NCBI RefSeq assembly: GCF_006345805.1
Contig: NW_021835520.1
Location: 1 to 40,724 of the forward strand
Source: Octopus sinensis
Taxonomy: Eukaryota
Direction of reading: 5' to 3'
DNA length: 40,724 bases
The translations under genes were made by a program, and so were the position numbers. The notes under the pieces are model-generated. The model did no database searches, was not told the origin of the DNA, and saw only the letters and a program-made list of their open reading frames with translations. Shown here in pieces: positions 24,231 to 35,189 of the stretch (the first letter of the stretch is position 1; every line of letters starts with the position of its first letter).

Positions 24231-24391
24231 TATATATACGACGGGTTTCTTCCAGTTTCCGTCTACCAAATCCACTCATAAGGCTTTAGTCGACCCGAGG
24301 CTATAGCAGAACACACTTGCCCAAGGTGCCGCACAGTGGGACTGAACCCGGGTCCATGTGGTTAGGAAGCAAGCTGCTTATCACACAAAGC
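24231..24391 (-). mobile_element. SINE family A 5' half (continuation of 22667-22990)
   Basis: TATATATACGACGGG...CTTGCCCAAGGTGCC...GGACTGAACCCGG resumes exactly where the internal TA tract of family A ends. Confidence 0.85.
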
Positions 24392-24851
24392 TAATGTTCG
24401 CAATAAAACTGCACTCAGAACTGATCGTTCACCAGTCGCATGTTTTTCTTTAGGTCAATGACTCACAATTTATGATTTCGTTTCAGAAAAATTATTTCAA
24501 TTTTAAAACGAATATTTTGGGGCCACCTTTTTCTTTTAATATATCGCTTTCGTTTGAAAAAAATTATTATTTCATTTTTTTATGAAATACAAGTTTTGGT
24601 AATTTTTTTTATGTAACAAATTATATCACTTTTATAATGAATTCTGTTTTTTAAATTATATTTACTGAATAAAAACCGTCTGCCATTTGAATATCAACAA
24701 TTTTACTATCAGTATCCTGTCTCGTCAATGTTTTGTCACGTCGGCGTTTTGTCTGGTCTGTATTTAACTGGCGGCATTTTTAGTGTCTGCAGACGATGAC
24801 ATAGTCTTGTATACTGGAGACTTTTTACGAAAGTGGGGCAGCTCCAATTCC

Positions 24852-25200
24852 GGATCTTTTCAGTTTGAACGGCAGTTTTTTCTAGCGGTGTCATATGAAA
24901 TTGTCAACCATAATTATGACCCTAGTATCGATCTATTGCATTTCATTCTGTTTTAGGATTAGGGTTAGTTAGGGTTAGGGTTAGGGGTGGGGGAAGGGTA
25001 TCTTTTTTTCTTCACAAATGTAAATAAATTCAATCTGTTTCTTAAACGAGGGACATATTCATACGGCACGGAATGTTTTTTACCTCAATGGACGTCATTG
25101 ATTGGTTGAAATTGCAGAAATTGAAGAAACAAATATCTTAGAAACTTTAGCATTTTCTCAATAAAGCCAAGAGAAAAAGATGTTTTTATAAACACATTCC
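24852..25200 (+). mobile_element. TTAGGG-containing MITE, right end missing
   Basis: Colinear with 34027-34443 from GGATCTTTTC through AAACACATTC. Confidence 0.8.
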
Positions 25201-25273
25201 TAACAAACAAGATCAACGATGCTATGTCAAAAAAGGGTAAATAACAATATCACTAAAAAGGAAATAGAAGATA

Positions 25274-25670
25274 ATTTTACTTGTTTCAGTCATTTGACTG
25301 CGGCCATGCTGGAGCACCGCCTTTAATCGAGCAACTCGACTCCGGGACTTATTCTTTTGTAAGCCCAGTACTTATTCTATCGGTCTCTTTTGCCGAACCG
25401 CTAAGTAACGGGGACATAAACACACCAGCATCGGTTGTCGAGCAATGCTAGGGGGACAAACACACTCTCACAAACACACACACGCATATATATATATACA
25501 TATATACGACAGGCTTCTTTCAGTTTCCGTCTTCCAAATCTACTCACAAGGCTTTGGTCGGCCCGAGGCTATAGTAGAAGACACTTGCCCAAGGTGCCAC
25601 GCAGTGGGACTGAACCCGGAACCATGTGGCTGGTAAACAAGCTACGTACCACACCGCCACTCCTGCGCCT
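25274..25670 (-). mobile_element. SINE family A, full length
   Basis: Complete head (CCACTCCTGCGCCT on the plus strand) to tail. Confidence 0.92.
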
Positions 25671-25909
25671 AGAAATATATATGTATGTATGTGCGTATAT
25701 CAATTCAATTTATTGCTTTCGACACTATTTTTTTGTGTAACTATAAGTTCTGTCTGCTTGGTTAATTTACATATTACATTATTTTTATCTATTTCTGTGT
25801 TTGAAAGCGCAGACGTGTTTGTTTTTGTTTTTGTGAGATAAAAGTTTTGTAATATTTTGGTAACTAATTTTGCTTTATTCGTCAAATTTCAACTAAAGCA
25901 GCCTAACAT

Positions 25910-26085
25910 TCAAAGTAGAAGCCATCGTGTTGCGCCCGTCACTTTTCTGCCAGTTCTTTGACCCCGCGCTGCTACCAGTCCTTTTCCTACGAATCGAAGA
26001 ACTCCTACACTGAATCTTCCATCTCCTCTTGGTTGGTGAAGCGTTGTGAACGCAGGAAGTTACCCATGGATTGGAACGAGTAATA
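25910..26085 (-). mobile_element. Mariner transposase C-terminal remnant
   Basis: Minus frame SDYYSFQSMGNFLRSQRFTNQEEMEDSV*EFFDS*EKDW*QRGVKELAEK*...HDGFYFE resembles the mariner end APSDYHLFRSM...F...W...GI..L..RW...DG.YFE. Confidence 0.7.
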
Positions 26086-26121
26086 ATCCGAAGAGGATCT
26101 TCGTAGTTATCGTCGCTGCAT

Positions 26122-26479
26122 ATTCTTTTTACTCTTTTACTTGTTTCAGTCAATTGACTGCCGCCATGCTGGAGCACCGTCTTTAGTCGAGCAAATCGAC
26201 TGCAGGACTTATTCTATGTAAACCTAGTACATATTCTATCAGTCTCTTTTGCCGAACCGCTAGGTTACGGGGACAACCAGCATCGGTTGTCAAGCAATGT
26301 TGGGGGGGACAAACACGGACACATATATATATATACATATATATATATACGACGGATGTCTTTCAGTTTCCGTCTACCAAATACACTCACAAGGCTTTGG
26401 TCGGCCCGAGGCTATAGTAGAAGATACTTGCCCAAGGTGCCATGCAGTGGGACTGAACCCGGAACCATGTGGTTGGTAA
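26122..26479 (-). mobile_element. SINE family A, head truncated
   Basis: Same body and tail as the other family A copies; ends at GTGGTTGGTAA. Confidence 0.9.
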
Positions 26480-26828
26480 TAATTTGACGTTGAATCCGAA
26501 TTTTTTTTTCACTTATTCCTGAAAAGTTTTGCGAAAATGTGACAGGTGTTCAAAGTTTGAGAATTTTCAGAATTTCCAGCCAATCAGAAAACAACACGTT
26601 CGCTGCCTCTTCCATTATCTGTCACACTAGCGAGAAAGGGTGGGGGACACCGGCATGTCAAACCATTAAACTAGTTACAGTAAACAGTGAAAAACATTAA
26701 AAAATTCGCAAGCAAATTAAATATTTAAAAGCTACGAACAAACCAACAAGGGTTGCTAGAAATATCAGTCAAAACATTGCTTAAAACAGACATTTAATAG
26801 TTAAAAGAATTCAAGAACGAAAGTTTGC

Positions 26829-27330
26829 AATATACGAAGCCCAGTACACCCATCATGACTACCCGTCTGATAAGGGTACACCAGGCACATGCATCACAAC
26901 CATGTGTGCGCGACATGGTGATCTCATGTCAAGATAAACAGCACATGACCTTGCAGGTGGGGCCCCGTTAGAATTTTCTTCAGGTCGAGTAACCCATCCC
27001 ACTCGAAAGGTCCCTGAATAAGAGTTGTTTAAGGATGTTGAACGAAACACCCATGTTTCCAGAGGTGAATTATTCAAACCCCAAAGAATCCCTCTCAACA
27101 CACGGCTATGATGCTCCCCCACTACTTCTGCTCGTGATCAGAGATGCACATATCGTCAGCCACTAAGGGACATGCTCAACTGGTTAAGGCCAAATAACTG
27201 ACAAGCAAATCTGTGGTATTGAGCAGAATATTTGCTGTAGGCCATCTTTTATACCAAGACAAAACAACGTACGATAACACTTCCAATCAATTAAGATCAA
27301 CAGCCATGAGAGCCACTGCCTGGTACTGGA
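26829..27330 (-). mobile_element. Non-coding interspersed repeat (copy 1 of the inverted pair)
   Basis: 26829-27179 is the reverse complement of 27827-28177 with 2 mismatches seen; the supplied 87-aa ORFs are identical. Confidence 0.85.
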
Positions 27331-27544
27331 TTATTGTTGTTGTTGTTGTTATCGATTACTAATAACAGAGACAACAGCAGCTGTAGCAGTAGCAACAACG
27401 ACAACAACAACAACAATAATAAACGTACATAATAGCAAACACCTTTTACCGCCATCTTTAGATCACACTATTAACTCATCATCAAATTTCTTTTAAAACA
27501 AACTTTTAATTTCTTATGTTTTGACAGACACTCTCTAGAACAAT

Positions 27545-27673
27545 ACTCGGCGCAAAACCAAAAATATGGCACCCTTGTCATAATACTGACTTGAACTTCT
27601 GACTTGTTGTCTCTTGAGGTCGCTGGGTGAGACTTGGAGTCAACTTGTATAAATATAAAGCAAATTCCAGACA

Positions 27674-27744
<71 letters not shown>

Positions 27745-27780
27745 CATCAACAACAACAACAACAACAATAATAATAATAA
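27545..27780 (+). mobile_element. Probable LINE 3' UTR end with (AAT)n tail
   Basis: TTGTCTCTTGAGGTCGCTGGGTGAGACTTGGAGTCAACTTGTATAAATATAAAGC followed by (AAT)n; a related reverse copy lies at about 29685-29835. Confidence 0.55.
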
Positions 27781-27789
27781 TGATAATTT

Positions 27790-28220
27790 GGACTACAGCA
27801 AATATTCTGCTCAATACCACAGATTTTTGAGCATGTCCCTTAGTGGCTGACGATATGTGCATCTCTGATCACGAGCAGAAGTAGTGGGGGAGCATCATAG
27901 CCGTGTGTTGAGAGGGATTCTTTGGGGTTTGAATAATTCACCTCTGGAAACATGGGTGTTTCGTTCAACATCCTTAAACAACTCTTATTCAGGGACCTTT
28001 CGAGTGGGATGGGTTACTCGACCTGAAGAAAATTCTAACGGGGCCCCACCTGCAAGGTCATGTGCTGTTTATCTTGACATGAGATCACCATGTCGCGCAC
28101 ACATGGTTGTGATGCATGTGCCTGGTGTACCCTTATCAGACGGGTAGTCTTGATGGGTATACTGGGCTTCGTATATTTTACCCCAGTGTCACTTTGATGG
28201 CATGCACTGCTCTCTCACTC

Positions 28221-28250
<30 letters not shown>
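27790..28250 (+). mobile_element. Non-coding interspersed repeat with (AAT)n tail (copy 2 of the inverted pair)
   Basis: Ends in CACTGCTCTCTCACTC(AAT)n; has a ~30-bp deletion relative to copy 1. Another head fragment follows at about 28250-28305. Confidence 0.85.
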
Positions 28251-28251
<1 letters not shown>

Positions 28252-28306
28252 GCCCTGATGCACTGTCAGGCACTGGCTCACGTGGCTTCTGATCTTAACT
28301 GATTCG

Positions 28307-28780
28307 AAGACAAAAAAGTGTGTTTAATAATTGACATAAGTATTCCCTGTGATCACAATATAGCGGCGAAAGAATTTGACAAGATCAGTAAATATAAAGA
28401 CTTGCTAATAGAAATTGAAAAAAATGTGGCATCTCAAGGCGACTACAGTACCAGTGATTGTAGAATCTCTAGGAATAATTATAAAAAAAAGATACTGAAA
28501 CCTATCTGAAAATGATACCAGGCTAACCATCCCTACAGAAAGTGCAAAAAATCGTATTAACTGGAACGGCTCATGTACTGAGAAGAGCATTATCGCTGTG
28601 AAAACAACATCCATTCATGAATTTATTTATTTATTAATTTTTAAATACATATTTTACCTGTGAATTTTGCGCGTGTAATCTGGGAATGCATACAATGAGC
28701 TTCTCTGTCCTAGGTGTACGGAAAACACTCGGCGAGAAACGGAAGAAAATTTGAAGAAAGAAGGGAAAAAATAATAATAA
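28307..28780 (+). mobile_element. R4/Dong-clade LINE 3' fragment (RLE domain)
   Basis: KKVCLIIDISIPCDHNIAAKEFDKISKYKDLLIEIEK(MW)...VPVIVESLG...VQKIVLTGTAHVLRRAL*, then a UTR and AAT tail. Confidence 0.88.
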
Positions 28781-29258
28781 CGAGAAAGCAACCATACTAT
28801 GGGATATGCCAATACACACAGATAAAGAAATTAAGGCCAATAGGCCAGATATAGTTATCAGAGATCAAGAAGAAAAACATGATTTCTAATTGATGTATCA
28901 ATACCAGCAGATGACAACGCTTCTCAAGAAGAAATGGTGAAACTTTCAAAATACAAAGACCTGGAAATAGAGGTAACTTGAATGTGGAATCTAAAAACAG
29001 AAACAATTCCTATCATAGTAAGCACATTAGGTATGATAAAAAATATTCAGACAAATGCATAACAAAAGCACCAGGACTTACAAATATATATAACATACAG
29101 AAAATTGCACTACTGGGCACTGCACACATCCTACGCAGAACACTTTCAATACAGTAATCATAAGAGCATCACAGCAGAGCACAGCATATACCCAAGACAC
29201 ACAGAACTGCGCTTGGCTGTGCATAAAAATAAAACTACTGAATAATAATAATAATAAT
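28781..29258 (+). mobile_element. Second R4/Dong-clade LINE 3' fragment (RLE domain)
   Basis: EKATILWDMPIHTDKEIKANRPDIVI...LIDVSIPADDN...KLSKYKDLEIE...IQKIALLGTAHILRRTL, ending in (AAT)n. Shows the NRPD..D..K pattern of PD-(D/E)xK endonucleases. Confidence 0.9.
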
Positions 29259-29474
29259 CCTTTCTATTATAGGCACAAGGCATGAAATTTGGCGGGAGGG
29301 GTATAGTAGATTAATTCTTCCCCGATGCTCGACTGGTACTTTTTCAATTGACTCCTAAAATGTTGAGAGGTAGAGTTCACCTCTGCGGAATTTGAACTCG
29401 GAACATAAAGACGGACGAAGTGTCGGTTAGCGATCCATCCGGGCGTGCTAATGGTTCTACCACCTCGCCGCCTT
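29259..29474 (-). mobile_element. Old SINE family B variant
   Basis: GCGGAATTTGAACTC...GGGCGTGCTAATGGTTCTACCACCTCGCCGCC on the plus strand. Confidence 0.7.
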
Positions 29475-29484
29475 CGCAATAGTA

Positions 29485-30246
<762 letters not shown>

Positions 30247-30261
30247 ACTAACGGAGCGGAA

Positions 30262-30590
30262 ACAAACTAACGGATCGTCAGACCGATTCAGTCTATATAT
30301 AAACAAACTAACGAAGCGAAGCGTCTGAAAATGACGAAAAAAAAAACTGAAGGATAACTGTTTCGGTAATACACTGATTTACTTGTGATCTTTACCTCAT
30401 ATAATTAATGTATTAGAAATGTTCGTAGTGACCGGCTCTAGAATACCACGTGTAAACAAACGGAGGAAGTGCCAGACCGATTCATTCTAAGTATAAACAA
30501 ACTGAGGAAGCGAAGCGTCAGAAAACGTCGAGAAGACTAAAGATAACTATGTAAGTAATATTCTGATTTACTTTGAAATTTTATTGGACG
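30262..30590 (+). repeat. Two diverged ~195-bp tandem units
   Basis: CAGACCGATTCA...TATAAACAAACT..GAAGCGAAGCGTC.GAAAA...GATAACT...GTAATA..CTGATTTACTT occurs twice. Confidence 0.7.
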
Positions 30591-30925
30591 TTACTTCGTA
30601 TATAAGAAGATACGATTTTTGAAAGCCGAAATTAAAATATCAGAGATTGAAAATAGAAACAGAATAACGTTAAAGAAAGAAGGCATAACGAAAAGTTAAA
30701 TAAGAGATAAGAAACAAATATCGAAAATGAAAACATCGAGACTGTAAGCCATAAAGATGGTCTTAATGCCTGCTTAACAAATGAAATAAAGAACAACAAA
30801 CCGCTTAATCTTCGAAACATCTGCTAAATAATGACCAACAAAATCTGAACTGGAAGTTTACTACACTACATGTATACATACATACATTCATATATATACA
30901 TATATATATATATAATATATATATA

Positions 30926-31001
<76 letters not shown>

Positions 31002-31054
31002 GTTTAAATATTTGTTGTGCAAGATTTTTTATGTGAAGTCGTGTGTTGAAACAG

Positions 31055-31172
31055 ATATTGTTATATTTCGGAATGGTCATATTGCCAGTTTAGCCAATAA
31101 AAACACACGCACTATATATATAGTGCATGTGTTTTTATTGGCTAAACTGGCAATATGACCATTCCGAAATAT

Positions 31173-31180
<8 letters not shown>
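31055..31180. other. 126-bp near-perfect palindrome
   Basis: 63-nt arms centred on TATA at 31117/31118, with a single mismatch (31108 C versus 31127 A). Confidence 0.95.
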
Positions 31181-31244
<64 letters not shown>

Positions 31245-31258
<14 letters not shown>

Positions 31259-31634
31259 CTGAAGTTGTCTGTGTGTGGCAGGTTTGGTAGCCTTCAACTA
31301 ACACTATCTCCTCCGAGACCCTGCGGCGCAAGTTGACTAAAATTGAGAGTATGATAGAAGAAGGCTTGCTCTACATTCCTTAGAAGATAAAATTCAAATG
31401 GGACCATGTTAAGACCAAAAATTATTCACATAAAAAAAATGCTTTTTTTCTATGAAAGTCCTTATTTTTTACAATTTTTTGACAGCTGTGTCGCTATTTT
31501 TCGGTGTATTCCAACCAGAAAAAAGTTCATTTAAAGAGAATAACAAGCTACATAATGCAAAAGTTTTACTTTTCAAAAATTCCAATTCTAAAGGGTCGAA
31601 ACAAGCCCGAGCAGCGCCGGGCGATACTGCTGGT
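31245..31634 (+). mobile_element. Non-autonomous Helitron-like element
   Basis: 5' TATATAAAGCTGAAGTTGTCTGTGTG; 3' GC-rich hairpin CCCGAGCAGCGCCGGG (31606-31621) followed by CTGG-T (CTRR terminus). Confidence 0.7.
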
Positions 31635-31689
31635 ATATATATATATATATTATATATATATATAAAATAATTTTTTGCGTAATGAGATA

Positions 31690-32150
31690 AAAACACCAAG
31701 GCTGTGTAGATATTAGAACATTTATAGATAGAAGGTCTTACAGCTGTTTCCAGGATATTTATTAATTATATCCCTTCATCGGAGACGGTGTGAGAGGATG
31801 GTTAAGTCATAGTTAGTTTAGATGTGATACAAAATAGAGAGTGAGATGGAGGAAAGAAAATGGATGCAAGATATGTATGGATATTGAAATTGTAAATCCA
31901 TTTTTTAAGCAGAATGGTATATATGTAATATCCTAATACCCTATGAGAAAAGTCCAAAAGTCCAACAGAGTTTAATATGAGTGCTTCCAAATATAGAGTT
32001 TATACACAATGTAAGATTCCCTTATGAGTGAGATCCAGCAGTTTTTAAACTTGGTCATTCCAAGTAGAGAATTTATATACAGTGTTGCAGAGTCAAAGGT
32101 TTTTATTTAAAATGACCTAAAAATAGGGAGAGTTTTGTAGGGTCAAATCG
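31690..32150 (-). mobile_element. Penelope-like element 3' remnant
   Basis: A degenerate EALILN segment similar to a GIY-YIG C-terminus, followed downstream on the same strand by a hammerhead motif. Confidence 0.45.
31735..31786 (-). ncRNA. Minimal type-I hammerhead ribozyme motif
   Basis: GUCU-CCGAUGA-A-GGGAUAU[AAUUAAUAA]AUAUCCU-G-GAAA-CAGCUG-UA-AGAC. Stem I is GUCU/AGAC, stem II is 7 bp, stem III is the palindrome ACAGCUGU with a GUA cleavage triplet; U4>C variant. Confidence 0.7.
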
Positions 32151-32163
32151 AAAACAGGAAAAC

Positions 32164-32203
<40 letters not shown>

Positions 32204-32869
32204 TGTGTGTGTGTGTGTAAATTAAAAGGGGAAAATTAGGGGGATTCCAGGAAAGCTACTTCAACACATGGCAATCATGGACATGACAATAATCCAAGGT
32301 GGAAATAATTAAGGAATTAAAGTCATTAGATCTCTCTATGGAGAATTGAAAGTACCTCCCAAAGATAAAACTTAATGATGAAATAGCAATAACATTAAAA
32401 AATCGCAAATCTGTTAATTGCCGGTTTAATTAAAACAGGCAAGAACGGCAATATCATCCGGGTATTTTTTTGTCTTTATTTTCGCTCTTTTTTCTTGTTT
32501 CAGCCATTGTAGCCACTGTGGTTACGAAGGAAAGCGCTTATCCCCTCAGATCTAGTCATATAGGAATACCGAAACTAGGAAAACAACGTGGAAAACAAAG
32601 CGAAAATATTGAAATCAAAGGATTATTCAATCCTTAATGAAGTCATTAACGATAAAATACAACTGAAAAGAAAGATAGAGAGACAAATTCTACAGAAACG
32701 TAACATAATAAAAACAATTAGTACCCGAAATCAAAGAACGCTTGAAACAAGAGATCCACGAGCGCAATTTCGAAAATACTTGTCGGTGCGAAGAGTAACA
32801 ATGATCCTTCGAATAAAACAAGGGTTCGATTCCAACCCAAAATGATTTTATCAAGATCGAACTATAAAT

Positions 32870-33074
32870 TTTTTTCTAATTTGGGGACAAGGACAGTAAT
32901 TTTTAGGGGAGAGAGCAAGTCGGTTACATCGATCTTACTACTAAAAAAGTGACTTATTTTATCGATCCGAAAGATTGAAAGTCAAGATTAACCTCAGCAG
33001 CAATTGAACTCAGAACGTCGTGATAAGAAAGAAATCTTGCATTTTTATCCGATGCGGTAACAGTTTCGCCACCT
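32870..33074 (-). mobile_element. Old SINE family B variant
   Basis: Decayed GGTTACATCGA...TTATCGATCCGAAAGATTGAAAG...TTGAACTCAGAACG. Confidence 0.6.
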
Positions 33075-33312
33075 TCAAAATTAATTATAAATATAAAAGA
33101 AATCATTATAGTAACAACAAGAAAAACAGGATTCTTGAAGAATCATGGATTTTGAAGGAATTACAACAGAAGTGACTGGCGAAAACAATGAACGCCAAAA
33201 CAATGAATAATTGTGATAAGACCACAAAATAATTGTGGTCTTATTATACTAAGACTACAGTTATAATAAGACTAATAATTGTGGTCTTACAACGATACGA
33301 TGTAATCCAGAT

Positions 33313-33545
33313 AAGGCGGCTAGCTGGCAGAAACGTTAGCGTGCCGGGCGAAATGCTTAGAGGTATTTCGTCTGCCGCTACGTTCTGAGTTCAAATTCCG
33401 CCGAGGTCGACTTTGCCTTTCATCCTTTTGAGGTCGATAAATTAAGTACCAGTTACGCACTGGGGTCGATATAATCGACTTAATCCTTTTGTCTGTCCTT
33501 GTTTGTCCCCTCTATGTTTAACACCTTCTAGGCAATAAAAAAAGT
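33313..33545 (+). mobile_element. SINE family B monomer
   Basis: AAGGCGGCTAGCTGGCAGAAACGTTAGC (A box), GAGTTCAAATTCC (B box), GCCTTTCATCC domain and an A-rich tail. Confidence 0.92.
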
Positions 33546-33554
33546 AAGAAGTGA

Positions 33555-35040
33555 TCTTCCAATGATTCATACGGCTGCAAAGACCAATTGCTGATCAACA
33601 ATCCGAAAATCAAAGACTACAAAAGTAAGTGTTTAAGCAGAGCTTCAATCGACTACGAGAAAGCTTTTGTCAATATCTGTTGCCTGAAGATCTGGGAAAT
33701 ATTAACCTTGAGTGACGTTATATTAACAATAGGCAGATACATAAAACGTCACAAGAGTAAGCTAACCTGAAGATACAGACAGAAGAGAAAACTATTAAAA
33801 TCTACGCCATTTTTAATGGAACAAAAATATTCACAAAGGTCTGCATCTCTCCATTCCTTTTCTTCTTCTTGCTAAATATGCTTAGCCAGCAGGTTCGTAT
33901 TAGATGCAGAAGCTGTTGGAAGGCAATTTATTTTTGCATACGGACAACCACAAGATGTACGCTGCAGCTGTTAAAAAACTAAAAACACTCTTACAATAAA
34001 CAGTACACGATTTAAGTAAATAAATAGGATCTTTTCGGTCTGAACGGCAGTTTTTCTAGCGGTGTCATATGAAATTGCCACCCATAATTATGACCCTAGT
34101 ATCGAGCTATTGCATTTCAATCTCTTTTAGGGTTAGGGTTAGGGGTGGGGAGAAGGGAATCTTTTTTTCTTCAGAAATGTAAATAAACCCAATCTGTTTC
34201 TTAAACGAGGGACATATTCATACGGCACAGAATGTTTTTACCTCAATAGACGTCATTGATTGGTTTACATTGCAGAAATTGAAGAAAAAGCAACAACAAA
34301 TATCTTGCAAACTATAGAATTTTGTCAATAAAGCCAAGAGAAAAAGATGTTTTATAAACACATTCTACCAGTATACGAAGTTTAAAATTTTTTAGTTAAG
34401 TTGAAATTATTTAAAAAAACTGCCGTTCAAACCGAAAAGATCCAATAAATACATATGAGATCTGGATTAGAAAGATGCACCAATGTAACACCGAAAACAA
34501 GGAAATTAATTCTGGACAAATATATAGATATAAAGGATTTAGACTAAACAAAAACTTGCATTTACTTTGCATACAATAAACTAGACAGAGTTCGCCTACG
34601 AAAGTCACCATAAATGGTTAAAAAGGAAAACTACAGACACATTAATACTTCAAAATTAATGCTTCAGATGGAGTTAAATGTCCCCATATACAATAATAGG
34701 CATCAGAAGTCTATTGTTGCGTCAGTAAATTGTAATAATTTCTGGTAGAGGCTAAATAAATTAGCAAGACTATAGAAGTAAAATCAAAAATAATGACTGC
34801 TTTAGAATTCATTATGAAACATCTAAAATAAAAAGACTATATTTAGCAGGGAAACTGGAAGGAAGGGATGTGGATGCAGCTGGGAGCTATAATGAAATAC
34901 CTGTTGTAGAACTACAAAAATATCATCCCGGGAATAATGGGAAATGAAAGCAAGTAAGTAAAAACAATACAGAGACAAGACAAAAAGAAAATAATTTGTG
35001 AGGAGAAAGAACAAACAGAAGTAATGGGGAACTAAATATG
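33555..35040 (+). mobile_element. Degenerate R4/Dong-clade LINE RT remnant, interrupted by a MITE
   Basis: GCKDQLLINN...ASIDYEKAF (GCKDQLLID..AWIDYKKAFD-like); after the MITE, KRLYLAGKLEGR (RLYLPRK.GGRGL-like). Confidence 0.6.
34027..34443. mobile_element. Complete 417-bp MITE with ~30-bp TIRs, 8-bp TSD and internal TTAGGG repeats
   Basis: Left GGATCTTTTCGGTCTGAACGGCAGTTTTT, right AAAAACTGCCGTTCAAACCGAAAAGATCC; AATAAATA at 34019-34026 and 34444-34451. Confidence 0.9.
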
Positions 35041-35189
35041 AAGCTACAGAAGACTATGTTAAACGACCAGAATAATAATACGAATAATATATACGGTTCT
35101 AAAAGGAATCTTCATTTCAGAAGATTAATTCATTGTAAAAATTAACATTTATTAGAAGCAAATGTACTGGTTCGATTTTGAGAATAATG

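Noticed and set aside
24950-24995. True telomere or chromosome end
   Set aside because: Only 3-4 TTAGGG units, internal to a dispersed MITE that is present twice.
26570-26660. CCAAT box (AGCCAATCAG) as a promoter
   Set aside because: A single motif between repeats, with no linked gene or transcription evidence.
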